In this document: in pieces, positions 55,540 through 64,000 of the stretch
Numbering within the stretch: the stretch's first letter is position 1
How the letters are laid out: every line of letters starts with the position of its first letter
Assembly: GCF_009914755.1 (NCBI RefSeq)
Contig: NC_060941.1
Strand: one strand, 5' to 3'
DNA from: the human T2T-CHM13v2.0 reference genome, Homo sapiens
Length of the DNA: 64,000 bases
Translations under genes and position numbers: made by a program
Notes under the pieces: generated by a model
Databases searched by the model: none
Seen by the model: the letters and a program-made list of their open reading frames with translations, nothing else
What the model was told of the DNA's origin: nothing

Positions 55540-56520
55540 GGAATGGAATGGCATGGAATCAAACGAAATGGAATTGAATGGAATGGAATAGAAAGGAATG
55601 GAATCAACTGGAATGCAATGGAATGGAAAGGAATGGAATGGGAAGGAATGGAATGAACCGTAGTGGAGTGGAATGGAATGGAATGGAATGCAATGTAATG
55701 GAGTTGAATGGAATGGAACGGCATGGAATGGAATTGAATGGGATCAACCCGAGTGGAATGGAATGGAATGGAATGAAATGGAATCAACGCGAGTGGAATG
55801 GAACAGAATAAAATGGAATGGAATGGAATGGAACGGAATCAACCCGAGTGGAATGGAATGGAATGGAATGGAATATCAACCCAATTGGAATGGAATGGAA
55901 TGGAATGGAATGGAATGGAATGGAACGGAACGGAATAGAATGGAATGGAATCAACTCGAGTGGAATGGAATGGAAGGGAATGGAATGGTTTGGAATGGAA
56001 CGGAATGGAATGGAATGGAACAGAATGGAATAGTATGGAATGGAATGGAATGGAATGGCATGGAATCAAACGAAATGGAATTGAATGGAATGGAATGGAA
56101 AGGAATGGAATGGAATGGAGTCAACTGGAATGCAATGGAATGGAATGGGAAGGAATGGAATGAACCGTAGTGGAGTGGAATGGAATGGAATGCAATCGAA
56201 TGGAGTGGAATGGAATGGAATGGAATGGAATCGCATGGAATGGAATGGAATTGAATGGGATCAACCCGAGTGGAATGGAATGGAATGAAATGGAATCAAC
56301 GCGAGTGGAATGGAACAGAATAAAATGGAATGGAATGGAATGGAACGGAATCAACCCGAGTGGAATGGAATATAATGGAATGGAATGGAATGGAATATCA
56401 ACACAATTGGAATGGAATGGAATGGAACGGAATGGAATGGAATGGAATCAACTCGAGTGGAATGGAATGGAAGGGAATGGAATGGATTGGAATGGAACGG
56501 AATGGAATGGAATGGAATCA
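55540..56520 (+). repeat. ~510-520 bp tandem duplication in the HSat3B-like block
   Basis: Shared rare motifs: GGCATGGAATCAAACGAAAT at 55550/56057; TGAACCGTAGTGG at 55654/56161; CAACGCGAGTGGAATGGAACAGAATAAAAT at ~55785/56297; GGAATATCAAC at 55870/56392. Confidence 0.88.
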
Positions 56521-59500
56521 ACCCGAGTGGAATGGAATGGAATGGAATTCAATGGAATGGAATCAAACCGAGTGGAATGGAATAGAATGGAATGGAATGA
56601 AATGGAATGGAATGGAATGGAATGGAATGGAATCAACCCGAGTGAAATGGAATGGAATGGAATGGAATGGAATGAAATAAACCTGAATGGAATGGAATGG
56701 GATGAAATCAACCAGAGTGGAATGGAATGGAATGGGATGGAATGGAATGGAATGGAACGGTATGCAACGGAATGGAATCAAGCCGAGAGTAATGGAATGT
56801 AATGGAATGGAGTGTAATGGAATGATATCAACCCGAGTGGTGTGGAATGGAATGGAATGGAATAGAATGGAATGGAATGCAATCAACCAGAGTGGAATGT
56901 AACGGAATGGAATGGAATGGAGTGGAATGCAATTGAATGGAATCAACCCGAGTGGAGTGGACTGGAATGGAATGGAATGGAATAGAACGGAATTGAATGA
57001 AATGGCATGGAATGGAAACAACCCGAGTGGAATGGAATGGAATGAAATGGAATGGAATGGAATGCAATGCCAATCAAAGGAATGGAACGGAATGGAATGG
57101 AATGGAATCAATCCCAATGGAATAGAATGGAATGGAATGGAATGGTATGGAATGCAATGAATTCAACCCGAATGGAGTGGAGTGGACTGGAGTAGACTGG
57201 GATGGAGTGGAATGGCATGGAATGGAATGGAATGGAAAGGAATTGAATAAACCCGAATTGAATGGAATGGTATTAACCCAAGTGGAATGGAATGGAATGG
57301 AATGGAATGGAATGGAAAGGAATGGAATGGAATGAACCGAATGGAATGGAAAGGAATGGAATGGAAAGGAATGGAATCAACCCGAGTGGAATGGAATGGA
57401 ATGGAGTAAACCCGAGTTGAATGTAACGGAATGCAATGGAATGGAATGCAATCAACCCGAGTGAAATGGAATGGAATGGAAGGGAATGGAATGGAATGGA
57501 ATGGAATGGAATCAACCCGAGTGGAATGGAATGGAATGGAATGGAATGGCATGGAATGGAAAGGAATCAACTGCAGTGGAGAGGAGTGGAGTGGAAAGGA
57601 ATGGAATGGAATGGAATGGAATTGAATAAACCCAAGTGGAATGGAATGGAATGGAATAAACTCAATTGCAATGGAATGCAATGGAATGGAATGGAATGGA
57701 ATGGAATCAACCCGAGGGGAATGGAATGGAATGGAATGGGATGGAACCAACCTGAGTGGAAAGGAATGGAATGGAATGGAAAGGAATGGAACCAACTTGA
57801 GTGGAATGGATTGGAATGGAATGGAATGGAATGGAATTGAATCAACTGGAATGGAATGGAATGGAATCAACCCGAGTGGAATGGAATGGAATAGAATGGA
57901 ATGGAGGGGAATGCAATGGAATGCAATGGAATGGAGTGGAATGGAATGGAATTGAATGCAATCAACCAGAGTGGAATGGAATGGAATGGAATGGAATAAA
58001 AACGAGTGGAACGGAATGGAATGGAATGGAATGGAATCATCTCAAACGGAATGGAATGGAATGGAATGGAATTCAACGAAATGGAATCAAACCGAATGGA
58101 ATGGAATGGAATGGAATCAACTAGAACGGAATGGAATATAATGGAATGGAATTCAACGGAATGGAATCAAACCGAGTGGAATGGAATGGAATTTAATGGA
58201 ATGAAATGGTATGGAATGGAATCAACACAAGTGGAATGGAATGGAAAGAAATGGTATGGAATGGAATCAACAAAAGTGGAATGGAATGGAATGTAATGTA
58301 ATGGAATGCAATGCGATGGAATAAACCCTAGTGGAATGGAATGGAACGGTATGGAGCGGAATGGAATGGAATTGAATGGAATGGAATCAACTCGAATGGA
58401 ATGAAATGGAATGGAATGGAATGGAATCAACACGAGTGGAATGGAGTGGAATAGAATGGAAAGTTATGGAATGGAATGGAATCAACCCGAGTGGAATGGA
58501 ATGGAATGGAATGGAATCAAACCGAGTGGAATGGAATGGAATGGAGTGGAATGGAATGGAATTCAATGGAATAGAAAGGAATGGAATGAAATCAATCCAA
58601 GTGGAATGGAATGGAATGGAATGGAACGGAACGGTATGGAATAGAATGGAATTAACCCGAGTGGAGTGGAGTGGAGTGGAGTGGAATGGAATGAAATGGA
58701 ATGGAATGGAAAGGAATGGCATTGAATCAACTGGAATGGAATGGCATGGAATGGAATGGAATAGAATGGAATTGAATCATCTGGAATGGAATGGAAGGCA
58801 ATGGAATGGAATGGAATGGAATGGTATCATTCCGGGTGAAATGGAATGGAATGGAATGGAATGGAATGGAATGAACTGGAATGGAATGGAATGGAATAGA
58901 ATGGAATTGAATCAACCAGAGTGGAATGGAATGGAATAAACCCGATTGGAGTGGAGTGGATTGGAGTGGAGTGTAATGGAATAGAATGGAATGGAATGGA
59001 ATGGAATCAACCGAGTGGAATGGAATGGTATGGAATGGAATGGAATCAACCCGATTGGAGTGGAGTGGATTGGAGTGGAGTGTAATGGAATAGAATGGAA
59101 TGGAATGGAATGGAATCAACCAAGTGGAATGGAATGGTATGGAATGGAATGAAATGGAAGGAAATGAACTGGAATAGAATGGAATGGAATGGAATAAAAC
59201 CGAGTGGAGTGGAATGGAATGAAATGGAATGGAATGCAAAGGAATGCAGTAGAATGGAATGGAATGGAATCAACGCGAGTGGAATGGAATGGCAAGGAAT
59301 ACAATGGAAAGGAATGGAATGGAGTTGAGTGGAATCAACCAGAGTGGAATGGAATGGAATGGAATGGAATGGAATGGAATGGAATAGAATGGAATGGAAT
59401 GGAATAGAATGGAATGGAATAGAATGGAATGGAATGGAATAGAATGGAATTGAATCAACTGGAATGGAATGGAATGGAGTGGAATGGAATGGAATGGAAT

Positions 59501-62500
59501 CAAACCGAGAGAAATGGAATGGAATGGAATGGAATTGAATGGAATGCAATGGAATGGAATTGAATGGAATGGAATTGAACGAAGATGAGAGGAATGGAAT
59601 GGAATGGATTGGAATGCCATAGAGTGGAATTGAATAAACAAGAGTGGAATGGAATAGAATGGAACAGAATGGAATTGAATCAACTGGAATGGAATGGAAT
59701 GGAATGGAATGGAAAGGAATGGAAATTAATGGAATGTAATCAACCCAATTGGAATGGAATGGAATGGATTGGAATGGAATTTAATGGAATGGAATCGAAT
59801 GGAATAGAATGGAATTAAATCAACAGGAATGGAGTAGAGTGGAAACGAATGGAATGACATGGAATTGAGTAAACCCGAGTGGAATGGAATGGAATGGAAT
59901 AGAATAGAATGGTACTGTATTAACCCGAGAGGAATGGAGTGGAATGGAATGGAATGGAATTGAATGGAATGGAATCGAATAGAAACAACCTGAGTGGAAT
60001 GGAATGGAATGGAATAGAATAGAATGGTACTATATTAACCCGAGAGGAATGGAGTGGAATGGAATGGAATGGAATTGAATGGAATGGAATCGAATAGAAA
60101 CAACCTGAGTGGAATGGAATGGAATGGAATGGAATGGAATCAACCTGAGTGTAATGGAATGGAATGGAATGGAATGGAATGGAATGGAATGGAATGGAAT
60201 GGAATCAACCTGAGTGTAATGGAATGGAATGGAATGGAATGGAATGGAATGGAATGGAATGCAATGGAATCAACACGAGAGGAATGGAATGGAATGGTAT
60301 GGAAGGGAATGGAATGGAAAGGAATGGAATGGAATGTAATCAAGCCGAGTGGAGTGGAGTGGACTGGAGAAAATTGGATTGGAATGGAATGGAATGGAAT
60401 GGTATGGAATAAACCCAAGTGGAATGGAATGGAATGGAATTCAATAGAATGGAATCAAAGAGAGTGGAATGGAATGGAATGGAATGGAATGAACACGAGT
60501 GAAATGGAATGGAATGGAATTCAATGGAATGGAATCAAACCGAGAGAAACGGAATGGAATAGAAAGGAAGGGAATGGAATCAAATGGAGGGGAACGGAAT
60601 GGAATGCAATGGATTGGAATGGAATGGAATGCAGTAGAATGGGATGGAACCAACCCCAATGGAATGGAATGAAGCAGAAAGGAATGGAAACAACACGAGT
60701 GGAATGGAATGGAATGGAATGGAATGGAATGGAATGGAATGGAATGAACCCGATTGGAATGGAAAGGAATGGAATGCAATGGACTATAATGTAATCAACT
60801 GGAATGGAATGGAATGGAATGCAATGGAATGGAATCAACCCGAGTGGAATGGAATGGAATGGAATGGGATGGAATCAAACCGAGTGGAATGGAATGGAAT
60901 GGAATGGAATGGAATGAACTCGAGTGGAATGGATTGGAATGGAATGGAATGGAATGGAACGGAATGGAATGAACCCGAGTGGAATGGAAAGGAATGGAAT
61001 GCAATGGAATATAATGTAATCAACTGGAATGGAATGGAATGGAATGCAATGGAATGGAATCAAACAGAGTGGAATGGAATGGAATGGAATGGGGTGGAAT
61101 CAAACCGAGTGGAATGGAATGGAATGGAATGTAAAGGAATGGAATCAACTCGAGTGGAATGGATTGGAATGGAATGGAATGGCATTGAATCAACTGGAAT
61201 GGAATGGAATGGAGTCAACCCGAGTGGAATGGAATGGAATGGAATGGAAAGGAATGGAATGGAATGGAATGGAAGGGAATGCAATGGAATGCAATGGAAT
61301 GGAGAGAAATGGAATGGAATGGGATGGAATAGAATGGAATCAATCCAAGTGGAATGGAATGGAATGGAATGGAATGGAATGGAATGGAATCAACTCGCGT
61401 GAAATGGAATGGAATGGAATGGAGTGCAATAAAATCGAGTGGAATGGAATGGAATGGAACGGAATGGTATGGAATGGAATGGATTCAACCCGAGTGGAGT
61501 GGAGTGGAGTGGAGTAGACTGGAGTGGAGGGGAATGGAATGGAATGGAATGGAATGGAATGGAATGGAATGGAATGGAATGGAATAAACCCGAATGGAAT
61601 GGAATGGAATGGAATGGAATGGAATTGAAAGGTATCAACCGGAGTGAAATGGAATGGAATGGAAAGGAATGAAAAGGAACGGAATGGAATGCAATGGAAT
61701 CAACCCGAGTGGAATGGAATGGAATGCAATGGAATGGAATAAAGCCGAGTGGAATAGAGTGGAATGGAATGCAATGGAATGGAATAAACCCGAGTGGAAC
61801 GGATTGTAGTGGAATGGAATGGAGTGGTATCAAGCCGAGTGAAATGGAATGGATTGGAATGGAAAGGAATAGAATGGAATGGAATCAACGGAAGTGGAAT
61901 GGAATGGAATGGAATTGAATGGAATCAACCCCATTGTAGAGGAGTGGAGTGGAGTGGAATGGAAAGGAATGGAATGGAATGGAATTCAATAGCATGGAAT
62001 CAAACCGAGTGGAATGGAATGGAATGGAATGGAATGGAAGGGAATGGAATTCAATGGAATGAAATCAAACTGCGGAACGGAATGGAATGGAGAGGAATGG
62101 AATAATCTCGAGTGCAATGGAATGCAATGGAATGGAATGGAATGGAATCAACCCGAGTGGAATGGAATGGAATGGAATGGGATGGAATCAACCCGAGTGG
62201 AATGGAATGGAATGGAATGGAATGGAATCAAAACGAGTGGAATGGAGTGGAATGGAATGGAATGGAATGAAATGGAATGGAATGGAATGGAAAGGAATCA
62301 ACCCAAGTGGAATGGAGTGGAATGGAAAGGAATGGAACGGAATCAAATGGAATCAACTGGAATGGAATGGAATGGAATCAACCCGAGTGGAATGGAATAG
62401 AATGGAATGGAATGGAATGGAATGGAAGGGAATGGAATGGAATGCAATGTAATGGAATGGAATGGAAGGGAATGGAATGGAATGCAATGGAATGGAGGGG

Positions 62501-63797
62501 AATGGAAATGAATGGAATGGCATGGAATGGAATGGAATCAACACAAGTGGAATGGAATGGAATGGAAAGGAATGCAATCAAATTGAGTGAAATGGAATGG
62601 AATGGAAAAGAATGAAATCAATACAAGTGGAATGGATTGGAATGGAAAGGAATGGCATCAGATGGAATCAATCCGAGTGGAATGGAATGGAATGGAATGG
62701 AACGGAACGGAATGGAATTGAATGGAATGCAAAGGAATGGAATGGAATGCAATGGAATGGATTCAACTCGAGTGGAATGGAATGGAATGGAATGGAATGG
62801 ATTGCAATGCAATCAACCCGAGGGGAATGGAATGGAATGGAATGGAATGGAATCCATTGGAATGGAATAGAATGGAATAGCATGGAATGCAATGGAATGG
62901 AATGGAATGGAATCAACCAGAGTGGAGAGGAATGGAATGGAATGGAATGAAATGGAATGGAATAGAGTGGAATGGAATGGAATGGAGTGGAATGGAATGG
63001 AATGGAATGAAATGGAATGGAATGGAATGAAATGGAATGGAATGGAATGCAATGGAATGGAGTGGAATGGAATGGAATGAAATGGAATGGAATGGAATGC
63101 AATGGAATGGAGTGGAATGGAATGGAATGAAATGGAATGGAATGGAATGCAATGGAATGGAGTGGAATGGAATGGAATGGAATAGAATGGAATGGAATCA
63201 ACCCGAGTGGAATGGAATGGAATGGAATGGAATGGAATGGAATCCACTGGAATGGAATGGAATAGCATGGAATGCAATGGAACGGAAAGGAATGGAATCA
63301 ACCCGAGTGGAGTGGAATGGAATGGAATGGATTGGAATGGAGTGGAATGGAATGGAATGGAATGAAATGGAATGGAATGGAGTGGAATGGAATGGAATGG
63401 AATGGATTGAAATGGAATGGAATGGAATGCAATGGAATGGAGTGGAATGGAATGGAATGGAATGGAATGGAATCAACCCGAGTGGAACGGAATGGAATGG
63501 AATGGAATCCATTGGAATGGAATGGAATAGCATGGAATGCAATGGAAAGGAATGCAATGGAATCAACCCGAGTGGAGTGGAATGGAATGGAATGGAATGA
63601 AATGGAATGGAATGGAATGCAATGGAATGGACTGGAATGGAATGGAATGGAATGGAATCAACCCGAGTGGAATGGTTTGGAATGGAACGGAATGGAATAA
63701 AACGAGCGGAATGGAATGGAATGGAATGGAATGGAATGGAATCAAGTGGAAAGGAATGGAATGGAATTCAACAGAATGAAATTAAACCGAGTGGAAT

Positions 63798-63842
63798 GTA
63801 ATGTAATGTAATGTAATGTAATGTAATGTAATGTAATGTAAT
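63798..63842 (+). repeat. Perfect (GTAAT)9 microsatellite within HSat3
   Basis: 9 uninterrupted GTAAT units, counted directly. Confidence 0.95.
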
Positions 63843-64000
63843 CAACTCGAAAGGAATGGAATGGAATTCAACGGAATGTAATCAAACCGAGTGGAATGGA
63901 ATGGAATGGAATGAAATGGTACGGAATGGAATCAAGACAAGTGGAATGGAATGGAATGAAATGGTATGGAATGGAATCAACACAAGTGGAATGAAATAGA

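Larger units (their letters stand above)
54831..64000 (+). repeat. Human Satellite 3 array, (GGAAT)n + CAACCCGAGT type (classical Sat III, HSat3B-like)
   Basis: Long, purer GGAAT runs are punctuated by CAACCCGAGT and variants (CAACTCGAGT, CAAACCGAGT, CAACCAGAGT, CAACT). The first variant is at 54835 and the first exact copy at 54890. GGACTCGAAT and the landmark block are absent. Confidence 0.92.

Noticed and set aside
55330-63842. The two (GTAAT)n tracts as markers of an ~8.5 kb higher-order repeat
   Set aside because: Their flanks do not match each other, and the second tract's flanks align with ~58.0-58.3 kb instead. Independent expansions are more likely.
1-64000. Hundreds of ORFs of 60-366 aa (MEWNG.. 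on +, FHSIP.. on -)
   Set aside because: Perfect (GGAAT)n and (ATTCC)n have no stop codon in any frame and the + strand has an ATG every 5 bp. The ORFs overlap in all frames and simply translate the pentamer, so there is no coding evidence.
1-64000. Inversion or strand switch, telomeric repeats, alpha/beta satellite, CENP-B boxes, tRNA/rRNA
   Set aside because: None seen. GGAAT stays on the + strand throughout and the L1 is the only non-HSat3 sequence noticed.
54831-64000. Pathogenic (TGGAA)n expansion like SCA31
   Set aside because: The motif is the same but this is an interrupted, diverged satellite array with no genic context.

Overview
This window is almost entirely human (primate) Satellite 3 DNA, (GGAAT)n on the + strand and (CATTC)n on the - strand, i.e. 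constitutive heterochromatin. It is not a coding region, and every ORF in the track is a translation artefact of the pentamer or antisense L1. Three components are visible. (1) 1-~54.8 kb is a diverged HSat3 rich in GGACTCGAAT/ATCGAAT variants (HSat3A-like), built on a hidden, degenerate ~0.9-1.0 kb higher-order unit (~50 copies of one landmark block), with a local ~2.13 kb dimeric repeat at ~47-53 kb. (2) A 392-bp 5'-truncated young L1HS 3' end sits on the - strand at 28719-29110. It has a Ta-like but mutated diagnostic triplet, essentially no target-site duplication and a non-canonical insertion site. (3) At ~54.8 kb there is a sharp, same-orientation switch to a purer (GGAAT)n interspersed with CAACCCGAGT (classical Sat III / HSat3B-like), containing two (GTAAT)n expansions and many short tandem duplications. 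I find no support for a new gene or biological system; the noteworthy items are structural and evolutionary. All coordinates and comparisons were read by eye, and L1 consensus comparisons are from memory.
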